From positions 186,001-250,000 of the forward strand of contig ML978131.1 of NCBI GenBank assembly GCA_010015805.1: a DNA stretch of 64,000 nucleotides, given 5' to 3'. This document shows, in pieces, positions 37,563-49,457 of the stretch. Origin of the DNA: Rhizodiscina lignyota. Taxonomy: Eukaryota. The position numbers and the translations under genes are program-made. Positions within the stretch are counted from its first letter, which is position 1. Every line of letters begins with the position of its first letter. The notes under the pieces were generated by a model that was given only the letters and a program-made list of their open reading frames with translations, was not told the origin of the DNA and did not search any database.

Positions 37563-38162
37563 ATTTTCGCGCTTTGATTCTGCATTGGTCACGTTAAATG
37601 GAGGGAAGGGCGCTACGATGACTTCTTGAGGAAGATAAAGTCATCGCGAAGCCGTGCTGTTGTGGTTAAGTGTAATTTACCATCCATTTAGGACTAGCTC
37701 AGAAGCGTATATCAAATTTCTACTAGGTTTTAAATATTAGTGGCGCAGCTTGCGACTTCTTCGTGATGCCCATTTTCCCAAATCGGTGATTGCATTTATT
37801 GCTAGGGAATATGGTGTGGTATCGTCTTTGTCAGACAACCAGCTCTAGTTAACCCATATATTGTCTTTCCATCTGGAATCTCGTTGAAATGCTTCAAGTT
37901 AGCTGTGGACATCATTCTTCGCTACTCTGAGACAGGTCTGCTATTCCGCACTTGGAGTATTCCAACCCTGAAGCTGGTAGCTTGTAGTGGTGATGAAGGG
38001 ACAGTTCAAACCCATTCTCCAAGTCGGTGGAAGAAGTAGGAATGGCCACTTGAGGACACGCTCGTCAGACGTTCGCTGCTGACACCACATGCTCCTAATT
38101 ACGAGCCGCCGAGAGATTGGCATCTCACTATGGAATATGGATTGTATATTCGCTAGGAAGCC

Positions 38163-39264
38163 TCATTCTTTCTTCAACCACTGTAAGTTCACAGGAGAGA
38201 TCGGCTTTCCATTCTCAAAGAACCCCAAAATATTCTCCATACCCATCGTCTCAAATCCCATATGGCTGTCTATACTTGCACCGGCTGTATGTGCTGTTAT
38301 TTGAACGTTCCGCATTCCCACGAGCTTCTTATTCATATTAGGCTCGTCGAAGAATACGTCGAGTCCTGCAGAGCTCAGCTTCCCGCTCTCTAGAGCCTCT
38401 ATGAGTGCATCTTCGTTGACGAGCTTGCCACGGGCAATGTTGACAAACCGACTTCCTTGTTTCATCTTTGCAAATGTATCGTGCGTCACGACCTGATCAC
38501 CGCCAAATGGAGTCGCAACGACCAAGCAGTCTACCTGCGGTAACATCTCGTCCAGCTTTTCGTAGTACGTCGCTTCCACGCTCTTCTCTACATCTTCAGA
38601 CATTTGTCTGATATCGTTATACAGGATCTTCATGCCAAACGCTAAGTAGGCCTTTTGCGCGATGCGATACCCGATCCTCCCAAGGCCAATGATTCCCAGC
38701 TTCTTTCCGAGAGGGTCAGTCGTGTAAAGGGCGATGCCATTGTGCGTGTCGAAGAACTGTTTAGGATCACAGCTCTCGGCTGCCTGCTCTGCCCAGCGCG
38801 TAAGGCGAAATGTGCCAATCATGTGCCATATACCGGCATCAGCGACGGACTCAGTACATGCAGCGGCAGCGTTGCAGTAGATCACGCCGCGCTCCGCCAG
38901 ACGCTTGACATCGACCCAGTCGAAGCCCGCTGCGGAAGACGCATAGATCTTGCACGATTTGGGAAGGATATCACTTCTTGATGTCAGTGATGATGGGCTC
39001 AAGGCTTTGACATAAGCGCAACAGAAATTGGAGAATGACGCACATTAGCTCACTGTCCCATCGCCCCATTTCACCGCCGGTTGGCCAGAATGGTCGGTAG
39101 ATTGCCACAAAATCGCCAAAGGTCTTGTCTTTGAGAGCTTTTATGAAGTCTGCCCGGTTCATGCTGTAGCTACGGCGGATCTCAAACTTGTCTTGAATCT
39201 TTTTGTAGAGTTCCTTGTTCCATTTGATATCGTCTCCGCAATGGAGGAGGATTGGCTTTGCCAT
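38163..39264 (-). CDS. D-isomer-specific 2-hydroxyacid dehydrogenase (glyoxylate reductase-like), 2 exons
   Basis: AAGFDWVD, LGIIGLGRIG, VNIARGKLV, AGLDVFFDEP, TAHTAG. Confidence 0.92.
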
Positions 39265-40448
39265 GTTTAAATTCGAAGCTGGTAATGTATGTGCAAGTAA
39301 AATAATTATGAAAAGGGTAGAGAAAAGCCTAGACTCTGTAGATACTGAAAACGAAGTTCCCAATTAGGTTTGATCAAGGCAGTGGAGGGAGGGGACAACC
39401 CTAGAGCAATGCACAGGTAAAGGAGAGCTCTAGTGCTTCAATGCAAACGATCAAGATTATCAGTGTGCAAGAATTTAGGAAGAGCTTAAATGAGATTTGA
39501 AAAGCATGCTATTATTGATACTACCACCTTGGATTGCCCAGAGTCGGCGGGGCTCATTCCAGCAATCACGAAACCCGCTGGTAGCCGTCCCATCCAGATA
39601 ACCGAACGTCATGGCGTATGAATATCCGCTTCAAAATCCGCCATGCTGGCAAGCTCTAGAAACAGATCTCTGTTTTCCAAGCTTCCAAGTTGTCCTATTC
39701 ATCATGATTCTGTTTGATGATATGGACAGAGGCTCTGGCTTGCGACAGCTTCGGAGCTCGTAGAAAGCCTCCTACAGGGCTATCCAGACATGCATGGCGA
39801 TAGTGTCTAGAAGATCTACATTCCGAACTGTTGTGCTCTGAAGCTACTATTTCATGGAAGGGTGAAAGATGCAGTTGTCGTTGATGGGAGCAGACGGAAA
39901 ATCAAGCCACATGACTCGCACGTGCCACTTCCCCGCAAACTCTGATTCTTTGCGGCCGACGTGCGTCCGTTCTCCTCTCCTCTTCAACAAAGTTGATACA
40001 CCCAGGCAATTTGACGAAGAGACAGCCGTTACCGGTCCTACCCGTATCTCAGAGTTGTATTAGCTGGGGAGACTGACCATCCACCGCTTTATAAAGAAGC
40101 GTAGCTGTATTCTCTCTGAGCTACGACTCCCGTTGGAAGCGGACATTTCGAGCCACGTCACACGACCTCTCCTCGCCTTCAAGATGGATGTTTGAAAGAG
40201 CAGGCCTTATCCAGGCCTCTACTACTCTATTTTCTTCTTCGTGTATCCCATTGAACCTCTCAACGCCTAAGCTGTCCATTGACTCCGAACCCAATTGTTC
40301 CCAACATCGCGGCAAAGATTTGTTATCCCCCAGCGAGACCTCCGGCATTTGTCAACATCACACCTTCAAATACCTCTGAGCGGAGCGTTTGGCTGTGAAG
40401 AGCAGATTGTTGGCTTGCAGGGTCAGGCTTTAGTGAAGCGATATCATC

Positions 40449-41282
40449 ATGGCTACTGCTGTCTCTACCCGCGGTTCCAAGGCCACCAACCGCAAAAAGC
40501 GTGCCACTTTCCGCTTCTTTGACCTTCCCACCGAGCTGCGCCTTCGCGTCTACGAGCTTCTACTCACCTTACCCGAGTCATATGTCGTTGATCTTGATCC
40601 GCAAAACTACCGCCGTCTCGCGCCGATTTTCCTCTCCCTCTTCCTAACTTCTCATCGCGTCCACGAGGAGGCGAGCGCCGTCTTCTTCCGTACAAATACC
40701 TTTCGCCTCTTCCCAACGCACGGGCGCTTCTTCCACACCAAGCGCCCTCTATTGTCGCGCCTACCTACGACTCATCGTGGACAACTTACAACGTGTGAGC
40801 TGCGGCTTGGACCTGGTTGGACAAAGCCACCGCGCGGATGGGTGGTCAACGATGCGCTCGGTCTGCAAGAGGTGAAGAAGCTTCGACGACTGAATGTCTT
40901 CGTGGAGTGCGATCCCGCGTCTCATGATGTTTTCCGTGGCTTCCGTCCCAGCGAAACCTTTTACACCGACTTTTGCGTTGGTCTGATTCGGGACGTCTTC
41001 GCCGCCGCTCCATCGATTGTCGAAATTGAGTTCGATGGCTACCCCTCTGTGCATAAAGATTCACCATTGATGGTTGCATTGAAGTGCGAGGCGAAGGCTA
41101 AAGGAAAGCGAGTAACATGGGGTGCCCAGTTCCGGGGCCAAGAGGAGCTCGAAGCAGTGCTGAGCAGAATTTCAAGCTTGACAAGCTTGTCTGATGCTAT
41201 TGCCGCGGTTGGCATCGCGGATGATACACCAACAGCATTCGGCGTGCAGTCTGCTGTGCAACAGGTGGCCTCTGAGGCTTGA
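40449..41282 (+). CDS. Fungal hypothetical protein with F-box-like N-terminus
   Basis: 277-aa ATG ORF; FRFFDLPTELRLRVYELLL ... VHEEASAVFFRTNTF. Confidence 0.8.
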   Translation: MATAVSTRGSKATNRKKRATFRFFDLPTELRLRVYELLLTLPESYVVDLDPQNYRRLAPIFLSLFLTSHRVHEEASAVFFRTNTFRLFPTHGRFFHTKRPLLSRLPTTHRGQLTTCELRLGPGWTKPPRGWVVNDALGLQEVKKLRRLNVFVECDPASHDVFRGFRPSETFYTDFCVGLIRDVFAAAPSIVEIEFDGYPSVHKDSPLMVALKCEAKAKGKRVTWGAQFRGQEELEAVLSRISSLTSLSDAIAAVGIADDTPTAFGVQSAVQQVASEA

Positions 41283-41739
41283 ATATGCTAATGGTCTCTC
41301 CATGGTGATTATACTGGATCTGAACCACGCTTATTAATGGCTGTTAAAACTTAGCGTTCGTCTCTTGCGGCAGTAGCGCAGTGTTGCATTATGTATTGAG
41401 TAGTCAAAATGCATTGTAATGACCATATTCCACATAAGGAAATGGTAATGGCGCTGGTTGATAGTAGCTCGAATGCTCACATTTGTCAAGGCCACACACC
41501 GCTTCAATTTAAACTAGCAAAGCCAATAATCTTTGCCAATTAATACTTACCTTAATACAAGCTATGAAAACGTTTGTGATATAGACGTATGAATATATCA
41601 TTATTCCAAAAGCGGCTTGGCGCGTCTCGTGGAGAGCTCCAAGTTCCACCTCACCACCAATTTTCACACAAACTGTCCCAGCTTCGGTATTTTAGCTTTC
41701 AGGTCCCTTAACTTCCTCCCAAGCAAGCAATTACCTCCA

Positions 41740-42465
41740 ATGGCTGCTCCATCTGCAAAAATGTCCTCCCCGGACCAGGACGTCACCCCATCATCCTCCG
41801 TCACCGCCGCTCTCCTCCACTACAAAGAGCTCCAAAACCAAGAGCGCCTCTCTCTCTCCCCCGCTGTCCGCGCCATCTTCGCCACAGGCGCCGGTTTCCT
41901 CGTCGGCCTCGCTCTTGGCTCCTCACATGGCTCCCAGACCGCCGGCCTACGCTTCAGAGCAGAGAACGCGCACCGCCTGCCGACGAGCCAGAAGGGATGG
42001 TTCTTCTACCATAAGAGCAAGAACTACCACATGGCGCTGGGCGCGATGAAGGAGGGGATTAAGATGGGTGTCAGAACTGGATTTTTGGTCGGGCTGTTTG
42101 CGGTGACGGAAGATATGGTTGATGAGGGGAGGGCGAGTCTGGCGGAGGTGCTGGGGAGGAGGGAGGGATTGCTGGAGAGTAAAGATTTTGTGAGCACGGT
42201 CGTTGCGGGGTTGGGGACGGCTGGGGCGTTTAGTGTGTGGAGTGAGTGATATTTGTTTCTTGTGGTGAGCTGGAAGGGGAGAATAAATGGCTGATATCGT
42301 ACAGATCGTTTCACAGTCGCTGAGGCTGCAAGAACGGCGAAACTGGGTCTGGTGGTTGGACTTGGATATGGCCTTCTCCAAGACGGAATCAGCCTGCTTC
42401 GAGGGAGGAGACTGGGCTATGTGGAGTTGATTCGACATGTTCGGTCAAACAAGGCTGAAGAGTGA
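41740..42465 (+). CDS. Fungal membrane protein, possibly Tim17/22-like, 2 exons
   Basis: Gly-rich TM segments; GLRFRAENAHRLPTSQKGWFFYHKSKNY; intron 42242-42304. Confidence 0.78.
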
Positions 42466-43205
42466 GGCTGCACATTGAAGGGTCTGCGTTCCATTGCCGA
42501 ATGAGACGCAAGGCAACTTCAAGCCTTTTTGACGAACAATCGTCCAACAAGACCAAGTGAGCCAAGCTATCTCGGCCTATCGGATATCACGACAAAGAAA
42601 AGATATGTGCCTGGTTGCCTGACTGTCTCGTCCACCTGGTGCAGTCGGGGCAACAATGCATGGGAATCACTCCAATCCCAAGTTCGCCTTATCAACCAGG
42701 ACTATGGAGGATTCTACGACAACTCCACGTGCCACATTTACGGATAATTCACCGATGAGAACTGGGGCGGAAGCGACAACAGCAGCAGGTTGCGAACGGA
42801 AGGGCCGAGATGAGAGAGCGCAGGAATGCGAGGCATGGGAGGGATCGCGACAGACGCAGGAACGACAGGGGCGCTGATGGAGACAATGCGCTCAGAGCGG
42901 CCATTGAGAATCTGGCGGTGCAAGTCGCGGCTATGAATCGAGAATCGCCACGTGCTGCGGAAAGAGACGGAGGTCGGAATGCGCAGAGGAGAGGGCAGGG
43001 GCAGGAACATGACGCAAATGAAGCGCCTCCGCCATATGATCCAGGTCTCTTTGATGCTAGGCCGCCAAGGCCGTGATTCAATGATCGTTCGTTACATTCG
43101 TTCATTCGTATTGCCAACACTCGCTGCATCACTCATACATCTCATCTCCGCTATTTACATTTCAACTATGATATCCACTCATATCCAAATACACAGATAC
43201 ACACC

Positions 43206-45279
43206 TTATTTGCTCTGTTTAAAGTCCTTCACCCATCTCGCATCAAACTCATGCAACTCAACGGCGCTAGGCGCCCTCTTCCGTTTCGCAGGCTGTCCGC
43301 CCGTCGCAGCAGTGATATTTCCACAGTCCGGTGTCTTGAGCTCCTTTCCAAAGACGTCGCCTGCCCAGAGCAGCACGCCATTGGTCCAGCCAAACCCTTC
43401 AACAACTTGATACTCTCCACCGCCGCCGACGCCATTGATCGTGCTGGAGTTATACTTCTCGAAGACAATTCCATCGCTCTGGGCGCCAGCAAGCTTTGGG
43501 AAGTCCGGCGTGGAGCCGCCAGTGGCGCGCCACGTGCAGAAGGCGCTGTCGACGTAGCGTTGTGCGATTTCAAGGGCGGTCTTCCGTGTCCAGGTATAAC
43601 TGGGGTCTGACGTTCCAAACGTAGAGGGTGTGTTGAGCAGGCCATTCATCAGAACATACTGAAGAGGTGGCCACACATTTGGCTCGTCCCATTGCTGGCC
43701 CGAGGCAAAGTTGGTTGCAGGGATTCCACCTGCGTTAGCAGCGAGGAGATTCGCAACAGGCTGGTATGCGAGGCGTACAGCGGTCGGATTCGACTTGAGG
43801 AAGTCTGGGGCTGCGCCGGTCCAAAAGGGGTAGTACTGCGCAACTGCGAAGTATACTTCAGACTTTGAAGGGTGAGATGTATCATCGACATCCTGGATGG
43901 CTGGATCCTTTGGTAACAAGACATTCTGGCCTTTCGAGGTCATGTTGTAATCGAAATAGCGATTGTGCTCATCATTCCACATGATGGTGTACATTGCTTC
44001 GCTGCGTGCAGATGCCAGTTTCGCCCAAGCTGATGCGGCGGTGTTGTTCCCCGTGGATTTGTGGAAACCTGAAATGATGATTTCGTTGGCGTAGAGAATC
44101 GAGTTCAGATCGATAGGGACTATTTCTTCGACGTTCAGAGAGCGAAGTGGAAAGTAAACATCGCGTGAGGCATCGAACGGTGTCTTCAGCCAGCGAGAGG
44201 AATAATCCATGCCACTCTGTGCTCCAGCAGCGAGGTTTGCGTATAGCAGCTCCTTTTGGGCCTCTGTTAGAGGTTTGGTCTCGGGATATATAATTCCGGA
44301 TGCTGAATAGTAGGAATTATTATTCGCAGTGATGTAGTCTTCTCTATATGACTCCGGCCGGGGCTGGTTGTTCAAGACTTGGTAACCGTTCAATTTATAC
44401 GACTTGCCTCCTTTCTTCACAGTCATTGTCCGGTTATTGATCCAAAGATTGTACTCTTTCTCGAGGATTGGAAGCGCTCTTTCAAGGACGCTTTTATCGT
44501 TCGTGGCCTCGATGTATGCTTGTACCATCATTGCCAGAAGCGGCGGCTGAGAGCGGTTCAAATAGTATTGTCGCGAGCCATTTGGCACGAATCCGACTAA
44601 ATCTACGAGGTCCAGGAAGTTCTCAATGATGTTCAGAGCTATCTTGGTGAAAGATCCCTTAGTGAGCAGAAGTCCGCGAACAATCCAGTATGAATCCCAG
44701 TAATACGCTTCCCTGAAACGACCGCCTGCAACGACGAACGTCCGATTCAGTGGAATGAAGGAGCTCACACAGCCTGAGCAGTTTGCCGAGCCGACATATG
44801 TGCGAGTGAGGTCCGGCCAAATGTCAATAACCTTCTCCAGAAAGCTACGGACAGTGGAGCTATTCACATTATCCAAAAAGTCGGGGCTGGTCTTGAGCTG
44901 ATCTGTTGGTACAGGGGCGAGCTCGGATCCGGCTTGACCGAAATAAGTGGTAAGGAAGTTTTGCAGAGCGGAATCGTTCTTAATTGGCTGTTTGAGGTCA
45001 CTGAATGCTGCAATAACTTCATCCAGAGGCTTCAAAGTTGGCCTATGGAGGATACTTTAGCACCAACTGCGAGGTAAGACATGCAATTCCTGTATCGACT
45101 TACAGATCAACGAAGGTCTTCGAGTCTGAAAATGGTTGAGCGAGCTCAATATCCTTGAGAATATCTCCCTGACAGTACAATGGAGAGCCACAGGGAGCTA
45201 TAACAGACCCATTCTCATAGAGGGCATACGAGAGACTCGAAGTAAACAAGAGAAGGGTACTGAACTTGAAGAAACCCAT
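43206..45279 (-). CDS. Secreted GH37 alpha,alpha-trehalase, 2 exons
   Basis: Signal MGFFKFSTLLLFTSSLSYA; DSKTFVD, AGGRFREAYYWDSYW, NRSQPP, PRPESYRED, QQWDEPNVWPPLQ, EGFGWTNG. Confidence 0.93.
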
Positions 45280-46070
45280 GATAGCTCAATCGAAGTCTTG
45301 GATTTCAGCTGGATCTGAACTAGAGTACCAAGCGGCTCTGATGAGCATGATGGCCTTACAAGAGATTATATCCAAGTCATCTACCGACTTTCGGGTCCAG
45401 GTACAGACCTTGGCCTACGTCGTCACGGTGAGCTCCATGATCTTCCCTGTAACCATGCCCAGTCGCCAAAGTGCTTGCGAGAGCTTCTGGAAGCTCGGTT
45501 TGTTCTTGGACATGCCAAATCGAAGACTGTGCTTACAGGCGATCTCCTGAGTCAGCGGTGATCGAATCATCTCGCTCACAAACACGGCAGCAAAGGCAGG
45601 CCATGCCCAGAGCAGACAGCCAAGACTTGGAATGCTACAATTGTAATACGAATTGCGGGGGCGGGGAACAGTTGCAGGCTGACAGCTGGGGACGGACGGG
45701 AGGACGTTGGTGGAGTGCCAAGGATGTCACGGGACTGCGCGTTTTCTCATTATTTCTACTTTCGGCTTAGAGTAGCGCAGACGCGATCAAGTGCCGCTTA
45801 ACTCCATCTACCATGGACTTCATTGCTCTCCATCAGCGTCTTATGGATACTGATCAGCGCAGTCCTCAAGACTAACCAACAAACGATTGCACCCCTCGGT
45901 CTGGCACTACCACCCCGCAAAACGCTTTTTGAACTTAGAAACGCACCGCCACTTCAACCACCGTACCGTCACACGGAGTGTTTCAATAAGCTTCTCGGCC
46001 ACGTCCCGGTGTTCATAACGGTTTGCAACCCTCCATCAAAGCTGCCCTCTCTACATCATATTGCGCAACA

Positions 46071-46670
46071 ATGGCGCCGATTGAATCAACACCAGCGACT
46101 TACATAATCCGCTTCAAGCTCCACAAAACCACCGTCATACTACACGTGGACCCGCTTCAGACAATTGCGAGTGTCAAGGCTGAACTGCTGAATGCGCTGC
46201 GGCAGACGAGTAAAGATGGCATAGTGGAAGGTTTCCAAATACCAGAGGATGATGCGGAGGTGGCATTGGCAAGACCTGTGGATCTGAACGACATGGAGAA
46301 AGGCTGGAGGAGATTGCGAGATGAGGAGGCCGCGAGCGGAACCGCAACAAGAAGCTCGAAGGGCAAGGGCAAACAGAAGGCAGGGTCAAAGCGGGAGCCC
46401 AAGGGTGTAGATGCGGAGTGTCTCAAGAGCCTCGGAATCAAGGACAATGCTGTCCTTGCATTCAGGTTCGGAGATGCAGCGGAGGAAGACACAAACACCA
46501 AAAAGAGGAAGGCGGACGAGCTGGATGCGAAAGATACTCTTGAGGTTGATGAGGAGGAATCCGATCAATCTAAAGCGGAAGAGTGGGATGTCATACTGCC
46601 CAGCTGGGACGACATGTACGGCGTGGAGAACGTTGGAGATGTGGGAGTTATACAAGAATATGAAGGATGA
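46071..46670 (+). CDS. Hypothetical protein with possible ubiquitin-like N-terminal fold and acidic tail
   Basis: ATG 46071; IRFKLHKTTVILHVDPLQTIASVKAELL, LGIKDNAVLAFRF, WDVILPS. Confidence 0.75.
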   Translation: MAPIESTPATYIIRFKLHKTTVILHVDPLQTIASVKAELLNALRQTSKDGIVEGFQIPEDDAEVALARPVDLNDMEKGWRRLRDEEAASGTATRSSKGKGKQKAGSKREPKGVDAECLKSLGIKDNAVLAFRFGDAAEEDTNTKKRKADELDAKDTLEVDEEESDQSKAEEWDVILPSWDDMYGVENVGDVGVIQEYEG

Positions 46671-47268
46671 ATTGTTTGCGCTCGACATGGGCTTACGAAG
46701 GGAACGAGACATGAAAGAAGGCACATGGCTTGTACGAATCAGTTTTCGTATATCTTGAATGTGGTTGATGCAGCCGCTGGGGGGTATCCACGCTGATACT
46801 TTAAGAGGTTCTGGACTCTAGATATAGCAGAGTCACCATTTCAAACCTCCAAGTTCACTTATTTGCTCACTCTCGAACCCAGATATTTACAATCGATTCC
46901 TTGAACGCCACAGCTTCATCAAGAACTCAGAGAAGACCCCAACACCGAGAACTCCTGTAATCTAATGGTAACCTCGTAATCCAAGCACGTCCACGCTTCT
47001 GAAAGTTTAATTCGTCGTAGGTTGGCTTTTGTAAAGCTGGGACGCAATGAATCATTTTGCTGTCTCCATCAACCAAGACTTCCGATCATTTCGGCCACCG
47101 TCATCCATTCGAGCAACTTGACCAGTTACTACCAGAAAGACCCAAATCCTGCCTGAGACACCGTCGAAACCCTCCACAAAGTCGAGTCATGTCAGAAATA
47201 AACACGAACTAGTCAATGGGTCCATTGATCTCAGTCCACGTCATCTCAGACAATGCTCTGAGCAGTCG

Positions 47269-48160
47269 TCAGTCGATTTCGAAAAGATCACCCTGGCTCT
47301 GAGCACGTTGGAAGCTCCTCCAGTGTTCCAGGTATGTGCTTAGATAAAAGTCCTTCTCAGGCGCTTCGATGGCCTTTGCATCTTCTCCCTCCTTCATTCG
47401 CTGATAGTAATCAGCTTGCTTATTCCGCAACTTGTCACTGAACTCTTTAACAACTCCTTCAAGTTGGTCGGTATTCTCTTCTCGGCCTTCACATGCCCAA
47501 AGTTCAAGCATGAGTTTCCGTAATGGGTGTGACTTCTGCGTCTCGTGATAGACTTTGTTGATAACGCCGACAGAAGGGAGGCCCTTTCCCGCTTTCGCCC
47601 TTCTCATCATCCAGCTCACAACTTGGTCCGCTAGCGTAGGTACTTTCAGCATCTCTGCGAGTCTGAAAAGATGAACCATCGGCAGGTAAGCGCTGAACTT
47701 GCCACCATCATCTAGAGCTGCAGAACTTCTCTTGAACAGTCTTGGGTTGTACGTGTATCTGATGTTATACAGCCAGTACAGAAACAACTTGAAAACATCG
47801 GGGTTGTGTTGAAGACCGGTTTCGTTTCTGCCGCCCGTTCGACGCAGAGGTCACGGAAATACTCCACGCGGGATTCCGCGACGGCCTTGTGTAGGTAGAA
47901 TGTCTGAGTTTCGCTGCCGTCCGTGCCGACTTCGATGATGATTATTGTAGACACGAAATCTCTGCAATCACAATAAGCATGATCGCCCACCAAGGGATGG
48001 GTATCACATACATGTCGGTCATTGGCGCAATTATGGGCTGATCCCGTAGAGTGTGCCCAGAAGTAGCATCTGAATCAGGCGTCTCGGGTACTTGACGCTT
48101 GCGAGCAGAGTTGGATGGATTGTCCGTTGCTCTTCGTTTTCTGCCCGACTGCTGAGCCAT
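47269..48160 (-). pseudogene. BTB/POZ-domain gene with an apparent frameshift inside the domain
   Basis: IIIEVG...QTFYLHK...EYFR in one frame, PDVFKLFLYWLY...LFRLAEMLKVPTLAD in another; switch near 47800-47850. Confidence 0.65.
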
Positions 48161-49457
48161 ACTTGCTTGTGATCGCAAGGTGCCTCGATGAAGACAAGGT
48201 GAAAGAAGGATCAGATTTGGTAAGCTTTGAACGCCGTCCAAGAGACGGGCTGTGGTGAGGCAGGGTCGTTAGCAGTTAGAGTTTGATGTGAATTGAGGAG
48301 TTGAAGGTGCAATGATGTATTGAAATGAGGTAAGGTTGAGGGGCTGGTGCCTTTCACAAGACGGGCGGTGTAAGCAGATGCAAAGCTGTGGTTTTAAACG
48401 GTGTAGGAAGAAAGAAACGGGTGGAAGTGGGCAGGGCGGAGGAGAATATTTATATTCGCGTCTTTGAGGGCTTAGCGCGAAGAGCATTCGCCGTAAGCTA
48501 CGAGTGAAATCCACTCGTTGAGAGCCGCCTGGTATGATGAGCTGTAAGTGAAATGGCGTGCTATCTGTTGCCTGACTGCATCACTGCACAGAAACCACGT
48601 TGATACTGCTGGATAACACTGTTATTCACATGACCATTGACGCTGCCTCTTCCGCTGAGTCATTCGAGTTGTCAAGGCGCAGTCAGTCTTTTCTCAAAGG
48701 TTCCAATTCGCATACGAACAGAGCACTCGATTCGATTCTTGCAACGTTGTTGGTTATACCAGTCAACGCACATCGGGAGCTCCTAGACACGATAATGTTC
48801 AAATCCTACTCTATGAGATGTTCCGGTAAACTTCGAAAATTACAAAATTGCGCCCTTGTCGAATGTGGTGGTAAAGTTGCATCCCCTATCTGGTACACGT
48901 CGTCGTTTTCATCAAGGGATCGGCGAGGTCGCCATATCGTAGCACCTTCATACCAGAATGGTCCATCTTTAGCAGTTGACGCTAGAAGTGATGAGTCGTC
49001 GTGGGCTCGTGATCCTTAGAGAGGCTAGAATGAATAGGGACGTACGCATACGAAGCTGCTCAAGAATTTCTGTGAACACGGGGATGGATATCTGAGTTCG
49101 GAAATTGGAATATCCGATTCAACGCTGAGCACAACTCTTATCAAATAGAGCAGACAACATCCCAATTCACGTTGAGTGCTATTTCTATTCGTCTATCCAT
49201 CTATGTGGCCCAAGACCGTTCGCACGGCCATTTTGCCTCACCGTTAAGTGACGCCGTGTTGAACATCATAAGGTATCCTAAAGTGCAGAAACTTTTGCAC
49301 AATTTTGCTGAGATTGTTACGCTCGTTGAAGCTCGTTGAGAGGCCGAAGATGATCTGAATGCGCCAGGAAATGGTCGTGGAGTCAAATGAAGTGCCAGTT
49401 GAGAGGCATGCCGAAATAAATACATTCGAAGAGAGGAAACATCATCGCATCATGGAA

